From Chiloscyllium plagiosum (taxonomy: Eukaryota), in contig NC_057719.1 of NCBI RefSeq assembly GCF_004010195.1, positions 70,277,728 to 70,341,727 on the forward strand: a stretch of 64,000 nt of DNA, read 5' to 3'. Positions 49,934 through 60,844 of this stretch are shown one piece after another. Position 1 is the first letter of the stretch. Each line of letters begins with the position of its first letter. The notes beneath the pieces are model-generated. The model was not told the DNA's origin, made no database searches, and saw only the letters and a program-made list of their open reading frames with translations. The translations under genes were made by a program, and so were the position numbers.

Positions 49934-49948
49934 AGAAGATACAGAAGC

Positions 49949-50186
49949 TTGAACATACACACCAACAGGTGCAAGCTTCTTTTCGGCTGTTATTAGACTG
50001 CTGAATGGACTCCTTAACTTCAAATAATGTTGTGGAGGAGCCAGTGTTGGACTGGGGTGAACAAAGTTTGAACATACACACCAACAGGTGCAAGCTTCTT
50101 TTCGACTGTTATTAGACTGCTGAATGGACTCCTTAACTTCAAATAATGTTGTGGAGGAGCTAGTGTTGGACTGGGGTGAACAAAGT
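49949..50186 (+). repeat. Tandem duplication, 119-bp period, 2 copies
   Basis: Units start at 49949 and 50068 and are near-identical. Each spans the LINE/PLE junction. Confidence 0.9.
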
Positions 50187-50232
50187 TAAAAATCACAACA
50201 CCAGGTTATAGTCCAACAGGTTTATTTGGAAG

Positions 50233-50267
50233 CACTAGCTTTCGGAACACAGCTTCTTCTTCAGGTG
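50233..50267 (-). ncRNA. Minimal hammerhead ribozyme motif (one mismatch in stem II)
   Basis: CAC-CUGAAGA-A-GAAG-CUGUG-UUCC-GAAA-GC-UA-GUG. Confidence 0.65.
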
Positions 50268-50270
50268 GTT

Positions 50271-50578
50271 GTGGCACAGTGGTTAGCACTGCTGCCTCAC
50301 AGCGCCAGAGACCGGGTTCAGTTCCAGCCTCAGGCAACTGACTGTGTGGAGTTTGCACGTTCTCCCCCTGTCTGCGTGGGTTTCCTTCGGGTGCTCCGGT
50401 TTCCTCCCACAGTCCAAAGAAGTGCAGGTAAGGTAAATTGGCCATGCTAAATTGCCCGTAGTGTTAGGTGAAGGGGTAAATGTAGGGGAATGGGTCTGGG
50501 TGGGTTGCTCTTCAGAGGGTCGGTGTGGACTTGTTGGGCCAAAGGGCCTGTTTCTACACTGTAAGTAATCTAATCTAA
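50271..50578 (+). mobile_element. HE1-type SINE inserted in the PLE arm
   Basis: Head, V core and taatctaatctaa tail. The PLE arm resumes at gacacagaatt. Confidence 0.92.
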
Positions 50579-51786
50579 GACACAGAATTTATAGCAAAAG
50601 ATTACAGTGTCATGCAACTGAAATGATACATTGAACAAACCTGGAATTTTATTAAGTCTTTCATCTTTTAGAATGGGTTGCAGGTTTTGGTTCATTGATA
50701 TGTAAATTCCAGAACTTTTTTGAAGTCACCTTCTCGAGATTACTTAAGGTTTTATAACAAAGGGTGACATCTCAGCTCAGACAATGCATTAAACGTGTAA
50801 GGTTAGTCTATTTATATCCCAATCTTGAGTCAGATTGGTTCTATTTCCAAAGTCGAATTTACAAACTATTACATGTATTGACTGTTGGGGACATTTGGCC
50901 TCAGATCTTTGGGTGACCATCTTCCAAGGCGGACTTCCGGACAGGCAACAATGCGAAGTGGCCGAGCAGAGGCTGATAGCCAAATTCGGTCGCCATGGGG
51001 ATGGCCTCAACCGGGACCTTGGGTTCATTTCACACTGCCGGTGACCCCACTGCACTATACACTCTCTCACAAACACACAGAAGCACACATGCTCATATAC
51101 TCTTACATACTCACACACTCACATAGTCGTCCTTCATACACATGCTCTCTCTCATGCACACACATACATCCCTCACACTCACGGACACACCCTCTTCCAG
51201 GCTTATACTTCATCACACCCACACTCACTTTACCAAGCTTTTACACATATAAACACAGACTCCCATGCTCACTCACACTCACACGCGCACACTCACACAC
51301 ACCCACTCACTCTGTCTTTCTCTCTCATGCACTGATTCTATTTCCAAAGGAGAATTTACAAAATTCCACACATGCAAAGCTATGGGGTGAATTTGTAATT
51401 GCTGAATTATATTTGCAGCTACATTTTATTTTGCTCAAAAAATGCATAATCTGCAGGCAGTCAATACATGTAATATTTTGTAAATTCTACTTTGGAAATA
51501 GAACCAGTCTGATTCAAGATTGGGATACAGACAGACTAACCTCTCACCTTTAATGCATTGTCTGAGCTGAGATGTCACCTTTTGTTATAAAACCTTAAGT
51601 TATCTGGAGAATGTGACTTCAAAGAAGTCCTGGGATTTATATATTAATGAACTGATATCTGCAACCCCATTCTAAAGGATGGAAGACTTAATAAAATTCC
51701 AGGTTTGTTCAATATATCATCACAGTGTCATGCAATTGAAATCTTTCGCTATAAATTCTGTGTCTTATGGTCTTATTCTCCATAAC

Positions 51787-51821
51787 CACCTGAAAAAGGA
51801 GCTGCACTCTGAAAGCTAGTG
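51787..51821 (+). ncRNA. Hammerhead motif with a G8-to-A change (probably inactive)
   Basis: CAC-CUGAAAA-A-GGAG-CUGCA-CUCU-GAAA-GC-UA-GUG. Confidence 0.55.
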
Positions 51822-52229
51822 CTTCTGGAGTTGTGTGATTTCAAATCATGTTGCTCTTCCTTTGCACACTTCCTGTGCAGTGTAACTTGTATGTCTCACT
51901 CTGGTTAAGCACACTGTGATCTGTATGCCCTTGCTTACTATGATCTGCCTGTAATGCTTACAAATGAAGCTTTTCACTGTACTTAGGTACACTTGACTAC
52001 AATAAATCAATTCAAATCAAATCAATCCTGTCTGCAGCTCCTGCTCCTTCCTGTATATGTGGGTGAGGTCCCTGATTGCTGTCGCCACAGGGTCCTCTCC
52101 TGCCTGTGGCTGAAAGATATCTGGTCTCCAACAGTTGTCCGAGTGCAGAAGGAAGACTGGAGGAAAGGAATACACAGATTTTGACAAACCAAGGAAGGTA
52201 GGAAGAGCATCAAATTGCAACAGAAAATA

Positions 52230-52742
52230 AAAAAAATACAACGTGACAGAGTTCAGTGATAAAGATTAGGGAATTTAAAAGCCAGCAAACATTGATCAAA
52301 AAATAAATCAAGGGGAAAAAACATGAAGGCAAATTAGCAAAGAATATAAAAACAGGCAGTAAGAGCTTCTTTAAATATATAAAAGGGAAAAGAGAAGCCA
52401 AAGTGAACATGCATCCTTTCGAGAATGAGGCTGGGGGAATAATGATGAGGAACCAGGAAATGGCTAGAAGTTTGAATAAATACTTTGCATCACCCTATTC
52501 AGAATAGGATATTAATAGCGTTCCAAAAATACTAGCGCTCCGGGGCTTGGGAGAGGCAGTAACTACAAGAATTACCACGAGAGACAAAAAACATACTTGG
52601 GAACCTAATGGGGCTAAAAGTTGGTAAATTCCCGAAACCTCATGCATCCTTGAATTTTAAAGGAAGGAACGGCAGAGATAGTAAATGCATTGGTAACAAT
52701 TTTCCAAAAATTCTTATATTCTGGAAAGATCCCAGCGGATTT
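52230..52742 (+). mobile_element. CR1 ORF2 internal fragment
   Basis: EGKLAKNIKTGSKSFFKYIKGKREAK...EMARSLNKYFAS...LVTIFQKFLYSGKIPAD. Confidence 0.8.
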
Positions 52743-53214
52743 GTGCTCAGGTGACCTCCCAATTCTGCTGGGAATCACTACTCAGCATCTATTATACTCT
52801 CATAAATGCAGAAGGATGATGTACTTATTGACCATTCTCTGTACAACCTGTTCCAACCTGATGGTACCAGTGTGCCAATGTCTCAGGTAGTCCCTGTGTC
52901 CTTCTCCCTTTCATTTCAATAGTCATGACTAGCTGCTCACAATGTGGTCTGCCCCAGAGACTTGCGGACACTTAGCAGAAAATGGCTGTCAGCGATCTCT
53001 TCCATTGTCATCACAAATGAATTGAGCAAATGAACATGATGTCTTTCCTGGGGTGGATGGGCTCTCAGGGCTGCTGTTCCCCACCCTCATTAAAGTTGCC
53101 GTCATGCTTCGCCTATACCCTTTTCCAACTATGACAAGCACTCAAATACCCACCCACGGTTCCTTGTTGAAGTTCAGTTTGGAGAATTGTTTCCAGAATA
53201 TAATTATCAGTTAT

Positions 53215-53410
53215 ATATCATAGTGATTGGAACCAGCTGGATCATGTTGACTATGAAATTAGGAAAGCCTTGGCTGACCAATATAACCAGGAGAGGGAGA
53301 ATTTCCTCAGTTCAGGGGACTTACTCCAAGCTGTCTGGCCATATAATGTGCACAAGTAAATAAAGGGTGCCTTGGTGATGTGTTACTGGCCTCTGTGTAG
53401 TTAGTCCATC
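53215..53410 (+). mobile_element. Possible short solo LTR remnant
   Basis: CCAAT/TATA-like ccaatataa, then AATAAA at about 53359 followed by a short U5-like tail ending in CA. Confidence 0.3.
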
Positions 53411-53711
53411 TATTAAGTGTCATTGCCCCTCCTTATGTTCCTCCAGCTTCTAGGAGCTTGTCCTATTCTGTACCACATCTGCTCACTCCTCTGTCATGTT
53501 GCAGTCAAACTGATGCAACATGCTGTTATGTCTGGAGGTGACTAGCTTGTGCAGAATCCTTGAAGTCAGGAAAAAGGTCATCACTGCCTGCACAAGCATA
53601 TCTTTTGAAATTCAGGAACTTTAACGAAATCTATAAACAACCAAACATTTCTCTAATTTCACCAAGTAAACATCAAAGACCTAACCTATAGGTAATTAAA
53701 GATTCAACAAT

Positions 53712-54054
53712 GCATGGTGGCTCAGTGGTTAGCACTGCTACCTCACAGCGCCAGAGATCTGAGTTTGATTCCAGCCTCGGGCGACCGTCTGTGTGGAGTT
53801 TGCACATTCTCCCCGTGTCTGTGTGGGTTTCCTCCGGGTGCTCCGGTTTCCTCCCACAATCCAAAGATGTGCTGGTTAGATGAATTGGCCATGCTAAATT
53901 GCCCATAGTGTTCAGGGATGTGTAGGTTAGATGTTTTTGTCAGGGGTAAATGTAGAGTAATGGGGAATGGGTTTGGATGGGATACTCTTCAGAGGGTCAG
54001 TGTGGACTTGTTGAGCCGAAGGGCCTGCTTCCACACTGTAGGGATTCTATGATT
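53712..54054 (+). mobile_element. HE1-type SINE, near full length
   Basis: Head, V core and gattctatgattc tail. Confidence 0.92.
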
Positions 54055-55424
54055 CCTTTCAGTAGAACTGCAATGTATGTTTTGATCTCAGCCAATGTTA
54101 CCACTGGACAAATCAGATCCCAAGATGAAATCTGGCTTGATGGAACATAATCATTTTATTTTTAAAGTACTGGACTTATGTATATTGAAACATTAACACA
54201 AAGCTGAAGATTTGGTTTTAACAGTAAAACAAAAGAAGTTTAGTACACATGGGAAATAAAAATAAAGCAAACCAGGCTATGTAAACATAACAGTTTGGAA
54301 GATTTCAAAACACACAACAAAACAAACACCATCTATTTTCCCAAAACCATAATTTTAGACTTAATCAAATTCCAGACAAATTTTCTTCCCTATCAAATCT
54401 GTAGGTTGGACCTAATTGGTTTCTCCTCTGTTCCTGCCCTCTGAGCTTAGTGAATGATCATTGCAGATTTCTAATCAAACATTTCTGATCTGGATATTTT
54501 CACAAACTGAAACTCTTACAAAGGCATCTTATTCCTTTGATTGCTCTGAGCAATCTCCTTTACAAGGGAGAAATCATGCTTGCTTCTGACTATGATCAAG
54601 TCTCCTTCCAACTGAATCAAAAATCTTCCAATGTCTGGATTTTTGTAAGTTAAAACCAATCCTTGATTATTATACACCAAACACAGGGTAATGATTTTCA
54701 ATGTTTGTCTGTAGTGTAGCAAGCTCACAGCAATATAAAAAAAATTTCCATTGATACTCTATGAGGTTTTGCAGTTACCCAATGCCTGATAAATACTGGT
54801 TGAGAGCCATGTTTCCAGAACATGTTTTTATGATCCGGTTAATTTTTAAAATCCTGTCACAACACTAAGTCAATTCTAAATATGCCACTATCTTGAAATA
54901 GCAAAAAAAATTAATAGATTTAAATACATAACTCTCATCTTAAAGGTTCTTTCCACTGCTTAACAAATTTTCTGTAGAGGGATATTAGCAAAAGGCATTA
55001 GCCAGAGTACTATGCTCCAACAATGTGTGGACTGCTGTCTGTCAAATCAGCTTTACTTTCAATTTCACTGCTGTGTCATTCTTGTTCAAGCCAATGGTCC
55101 CTGTATTCATCAATCTCGCATCAAAATGGCAAACAGCACAGCTCACATCAGAAATGTGCAAATACGTTTTCATTTGGCATTTTGAAACCATAGTGCTAAG
55201 ATAACTGAGAAAAGGGACTTCAATATTGTACCTCTTAAAGGTTAATGAGAATATATCAATAAACTACTCTACATCACCACTGGGAAGTGATGTAAGATTA
55301 CATAACTACGAGATGACAGTTCTCTTCTGCAGCCTTGTGGTGGAGTTGAAGTATTGACCTGTATGTAATTGGCATTTGCCATGTTAAAATAAAAAAAAGT
55401 AATGTTTGAACCAATGTCAAAAGA

Positions 55425-55640
55425 GCTAGGCAAGAGTTAGGACTGCAGATGCTGGAAACCAGAGTCTAGATTAGAGTGGCGCTGGAAAAGCACAGCAGGT
55501 CAGGCAGCATCTGAGGAGCAGGAAAATCAACATTTCGGGCAAAAGCCTGATGAAGGGCTTTTTCCCAAAACGTCAATTTTCCTGCTCCTTGGATGCTGCC
55601 TGACCTGCTGTGCTTTTCCAGCACCACTCTAATCGAGACC
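55425..55640. mobile_element. Non-coding fold-back PLE derivative with a 14-bp TSD and a decayed hammerhead
   Basis: 55465-55547 pairs with 55556-55638. CCAATGTCAAAAGA occurs at 55411-55424 and 55641-55654. CTGATGA lies at 55547-55553. Confidence 0.88.
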
Positions 55641-55959
55641 CCAATGTCAAAAGACTGTTTTCCAATCTCTCTCCTGGACCCAACCAAAACAGAACAGGAC
55701 AGTATTCTGCACTGACAACTAAAAGTATTCCCTTTGCAATCTAAATTCAAACAAAAAACTTTCTCCTAGTTTTTATACTTAGTGTACCCAAAAGTCTGAA
55801 GGGTGAATAAATTCCTTACTTTTCACTTCTGTTGTTGATGTAGATGAAGAATGAATTCTCAAGGTGCACATTTTAATTCACCTTGTTTTTAGTAATGTAT
55901 AATTCTATGAAAAAACGTGTCAGTCAAAGTTAGGGAAATCAAAATTAAGGAGTCTGTTT

Positions 55960-56340
55960 ATCGAAACTCACTGAAGTACCATTGGCTGTCTCTTGATTTG
56001 AGCATGATGTCTACTCAGCATGGTGTTTTTCTGTTACAGATCTTCCTGCCACTGTTTGTCAACCTTCAGATCTTTGTCCTCATTGGGCAGGATGTCCCAC
56101 AAGTTTTGAGAATGCAAGATTTCCTTTCTTTCCTTTCCTTCTCTATTGCCACTTTGCCTCATAATTAGGGACATATTGATTCAAGGCATGTTGAAGGTTG
56201 ATGGACAAGTTTTGTTATTTTGAATATTTGATTGCAAGTTCCTCCCAGACATTGTCAAAGCTGATAGGCTTCAAAGAGAGCTTTAGAGTGTCTTCATAGT
56301 TTTTTTTGTCACAAATCTGATGGGAAGCCCCTCTACTCCA
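55960..56340 (-). mobile_element. Possible RTE-clade LINE 3' remnant
   Basis: The minus strand gives a ...KKNYEDTLK...NVWEELA-like stretch resembling the RTE C-terminal RYKDxLK...WExLA motif. Confidence 0.35.
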
Positions 56341-56579
56341 TGAGCCATCACAAATGGCATAAATGTAATTATGAAGATGGTCAATTTGCCTGAGTTTGAC
56401 AACTATCTAAAACTGTGGCCTCCAGTGCATAGGTCATGATCTGCAGTCAATCTCACTGCCTACTTCACAACTGAAGTGACCTCCCATGCCTCCACAGTTG
56501 AAAGCAGCCAGCAACTGAGTCCTATCTGCAGTGTGACCAGCAGCAGAGCGACACCACAAACTACAAAATAAAGCAATAA

Positions 56580-58340
56580 TGGCGTGATAAAACTGGACCA
56601 TGTGAAAAGGCAACCAAATCTTTGCAATGTCTACATGGAATGGCAAAATGAATTTTTGCTTATAACCAGAAAGGTAACAACATTTGCCTACATGACCAAA
56701 ATATATCAATAAGTAAAAGGGGAAATTTGAATTAACACCACACAATGACACACAATAAATTCAAGGACAGTTTTCTCTTGAACAGCATGCTTCACGTAAA
56801 GAAAGTTGATAAGCTGAAGGTCATTTTTGAAAGATTAACAGTCATTCTTTCCAAAAACAGCAGCATAAAGTAAAGCCTGCACTGAAACATCACTTTGAGT
56901 TTGCTATCTTCTGGCAAAACACAAGAAATCAATTCCAAATGGCCAAGTAATTAGTGAACCAATGACTGTGACCAACGATTCTCATTCAAAGACTTTAAGA
57001 ACAAAGAAGAATTAATAACAACAATCCAGAGCTTGTCACTTGGTGTTTTTTCAGTGTAAAATAAGTGGAATCTTTGTCCAAAGATGTTGTTCAGCATCTA
57101 CAGCAGGACCTGGAGAACTGTGAATGCTTCTCATTGCAGTTCAATAAATCCATCGACATGATTGATTTTGCGCACATGCTTTTTAAGGACATAACAACCA
57201 AATAGAGTCTTCTCACCCTTTTGCCCCTTTAAGAGAGAACAAGGCATGAGGATATCTACAATAAACTCAAAAGGTTCATACTTGAGAATAACGTTCCAAT
57301 CAAGAGAATGGTTTCCTTCATGACTGATGGTGATCCAGCCATGCTTGGATCTGGGCTTTGTTATGCTTTTCAGGAATGATTCTGATTTCCCTCTTTTGTA
57401 AATTATCACTGTATAATCCACCACAAGCATTAGTGAGTAAAATTATGAACTTTTCTCATGCAGCAAAAGTTACGATTATGAACTCAATTTGAGCAAGAGC
57501 CCACCAGCACCATCTGTTTAAGTCCTTATGCGATGCTGCCTGTAATGAATTAATTGTCCATGCTGATGTGAAGTGGTTCATTTGAGGGAAGGTCTTGCAA
57601 AGAGCTTCAGATCCAATGCCTGAAATTATCACTTTTCTTCAATCAAGGAACTGACAATGTGGGATTGCTTGATTTTGGGTTCCTCACAGACCCAAATATC
57701 AAAACTAAACAAGCTGAACTGTATATTGCAGAGAAAGGACAGAGACTTAGCACAAATGATCTGGGTCTACAATCCTTTGAAATTGAGAAGTAAAATGCCA
57801 CAACACTTCCAGAGTCTGTAAAAACTTGCAAGTAATAAAATCAAAGAGAAAGAAAGCTGATTCCACTCAGAAAACCTTCGTGCACATCAAAGGAAGTTAG
57901 CAGAAGAATTCCACAGGCAATTCCAGGAACAAGGTATGAGAGAACAAATCGTCAGCTTTGTCTCAAATATATTCCTTTGCTTTGGGTTGGAACAGAGAAG
58001 TGGTGGGTTGGCTGCTAAATTTCATCAGGTATCTGCTTTACAATGTAGTGCTGTTGATACGAAGATAATTATAGTTCAAAATGATTTTCAGCTGAAAATC
58101 AGGTCATTGAGACTCAAAGAAAAATACATGCTTTTATCATTCTGTGCTTTTAAAGTAAAAGCTTATTCGGTTCCACATATCTCTGTGAGACAGTGTGCTC
58201 CCAAATGAATATAATCAAGTCCACACACCATACCGTCCTCTCAAATACCTATTTAATGGACTATACATGACTAGCAGTCTCAAAATACTGCTCAGGCTTC
58301 AAGGCACCAGCAGATACAGTGCAGTCACAAGTGGGACACA
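56580..58340 (+). pseudogene. hAT (Charlie/SPIN/GTF2IRD2-like) transposase fossil
   Basis: MTDGDPAMLG, NYHCIIH, IMNFSH, RAHQHHLFKSL, LIVHADVKWF.GKVLQR, WLLDFGFLTD-like and the terminal QSQV.H motifs occur in the expected order. Many stops and frameshifts. Confidence 0.82.
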
Positions 58341-59449
58341 GACTTCATGAACAGAGGATAACATGAATTATTATTATATTTTTGGTTTTCGATTTATATT
58401 GCATTAAAATAATTGATGTATTCTATATTTTCTTTAGGATGGATTCTTGGTTGCAGTTTGATTCACAGTGACTTTGCATTTGAAGACACTGACAACCACT
58501 GATCAAAGATAAAAGAAGCTCTTCCCAAGTTTCATCCTTTAACAAGAAAGTAAAAACTCCTTTTTATAAACAAAGTTATCCCTTTTCAAGTTGCAAAATT
58601 GATCATTATTAATATGCAGACTTAAACTATGTCTCCTTTAAATCCCAACACACACATATTCATTCACAAATAGGATACAAGTTCAAGATATCACGGGTGG
58701 GAAATGTAGGTTATAAGAAACCCATTCTGTGGATCAAGAGTCCAAACCACAAGGGTGCAATGAGGTGACTTCCTTATGGGTCTTTTGGTTTCTGGCAATG
58801 ATAGCACATTATTGTTGACCTCAGAATATCTTCAACTGGTTGCCAGTTAGTTGGGCACAGATTTCTGCTTAAATTAGACATTCTTCTTTTCACAGTCTGA
58901 ATGTGCTGTTTCTGTTCTACTCTCAGAGAGAGACAAAGGGAAGTCTGTCTTCACTTGCAAACTTTAGAGATCTGAGTGTGAATATCAGTTCTGCAATTCC
59001 AACCTATCTATCCAAAATCTTTTGCTAGGTAGATTTTCTAACCCAAAGAAAAGTGTGTCAGTTGTTTCAGACATAGCAAATACATCTTCTCCAAGAGTTA
59101 CGTGACCTCATGAAACTGATAGGTGAACACCTCACAGTTCCATTTGTCCTTTCTTTTATATTAAAACATTGAGATCATTCTCTGCAACACAACAGTCTCC
59201 ACATTTCCATTTTCCAGTTTATATTCTGAAGAGGTATATGCATATATGTAAGGATATGGAACATTGACCATTTGAGAGATGAGAAATAGGACCTGGCAAG
59301 GGAGATGTTTTTCAGCCATCCACCCACAGGGCCCAGTCAATTGCCCAAGAGATTTCCCTGAATGCTTAAGAAGTCCTTCCAGAAGGACAGTAGCACATAC
59401 TCAACGGTCATGATATTGAATCCCAAGGATGTAATCATATATATATATT

Positions 59450-60700
59450 ATTGAGAAGCAAAGGCAGGCCACTTAACGCCTCATACCTGATCTACTGTTT
59501 AATATGATCATGGCTGATCTGGTTACTCCACATTCCCGCTTACCTCCAATAACATTTCACTCCCTTACTTACCAAGAATATATACATCTGCCTTAAAAAA
59601 ATTCAAAGACATTGTTTCCAACACCCTTTGAGCAAGAGGGTTCCAAAGACGCATGACCTCTATCTTAAATAGGTCACCCCCTATTTTGAAACAGCTACCC
59701 TTAACTCTAGATTCTCCCATAATAGGAAACATGCCTTATACATACGTTCTGTCAATACATATCAGCATCATATATATGTTTCAAACAAGTCAATTCATAC
59801 ACCTCTAAACTCTACCAAATGCAAGACTAGATTATCCAACCTTCCCTTATACGACAACCCACCCATTTATAGAAACAATGAACAACAGAAAATAAGAGCA
59901 GGAAGAGGCCATTGGGCTCTTTGAGCCTGCTCTGCCATTCAATGTGATCATGGCCGATCATCCAACTCCTACCCTGTTCCCATTTTTTTCCCCATACCCT
60001 TTGATCCGTTTAGTCCTAAGAATTATATCAAACTCCTTCTTGACAGCATTTAATGTTTTGTCATCAAACACTTTGTGGCAGAGAATTCCATAGGCTCAAC
60101 ACTTCCTGAGTGACGAAATTTCTCACCTTTCTGAAATAAACTAACCTGTATACTTAGACTAAAACTCCTGGTCTGGATTTCCCAATCTTTGGGAATATCC
60201 TTCCTGTGCTTAGTTTATCTAATTGTGTTAGAATTGTATAAGTTTCTAGGAGATTCCCCACATTAGGCTTCTATAATATAGTCCGAACCGATCCAGTCTC
60301 TCTCCATATGAATCAGTCTGGTAAACCTTCATTGCTCAGTCTCCATAGCCAAATCATCCTTCCTCCAATAAAAAAACTAAAACTGCACACAGTGCTCCAT
60401 GTGTAATCTCACTAAAGTCCTGTAAGCTTGCAGCAAACATCACTAACATAGCAATCACGCAACACTCACTGTACCAAGTAAACTCCACTCGTTTTGTTCA
60501 AAACTGTCAGTCAGACGCTGTACGTTTAAGATTTTCAACTTACCTTGCTCCTATAATTGAATTCTCTCACAATGAAGACCAACATACCATTTGCCTTCTT
60601 GACCACCTGCTACATCTACCTGTTTCCTTTTATCCACATTGATTTGACATTTACCCACATTATGCTTCATCTGCCATGCATTTGCCCCTCCCTCAACTTA
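59450..60700 (-). mobile_element. Two adjacent old CR1 3' fragments (about 59450-59870 and 59880-60700)
   Basis: Both begin with the reverse complement of a CR1 tail (...gatcatggc(t/c)gatc) homologous to 32500-32590. Confidence 0.7.
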
Positions 60701-60709
60701 GCCAAATAA

Positions 60710-60844
60710 TAGTCCAAAGATGATTAGGTTAAGTGAATTGGCCACACTAAATTGCTCATAGTGCTCAGGAATGTGTAGGCTCGGTGCATTTGTCAAGGCA
60801 AATGTGGAGTAATAGGGTAGGGAAATGGGTCTGGGTGGGATACT
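60710..60844 (+). mobile_element. HE1-type SINE fragment ending at the LTR boundary
   Basis: agtccaaagatgattaggttaagtgaattggccac...gggtctgggtgggatact. Confidence 0.75.

Larger units (their letters stand above)
50152..51839 (+). mobile_element. Second-family Penelope-like element with inverted arms and a 14-bp TSD-like repeat
   Basis: 50576-50884 is inverted relative to about 51457-51768. The centre encodes GHLASDLWVTIFQGGL...AEQRLIAKFGRHGDGLNRDLGF. TTCAAAT(A/C)ATGTTG occurs at 50138-50151 and 51840-51853. Confidence 0.88.
49155..52025 (+). mobile_element. Rex1/Babar-type LINE 3' portion with nested insertions
   Basis: LNPLLYSLYIHGCVAKFQMNAI...(ADD), KVESIKFLGVTITNNMS, VKKAQQCLFFLRQLRQFGMS, ESILSRYITAW, LPSDRRYR. 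The 3' end aataaatcaattcaaatcaaatcaa lies at about 52001-52025. Confidence 0.85.

Noticed and set aside
50885..51553. 222-aa His/Thr/Ser-rich ORF
   Set aside because: Read-through of the CA-rich low-complexity 3' region of a PLE.
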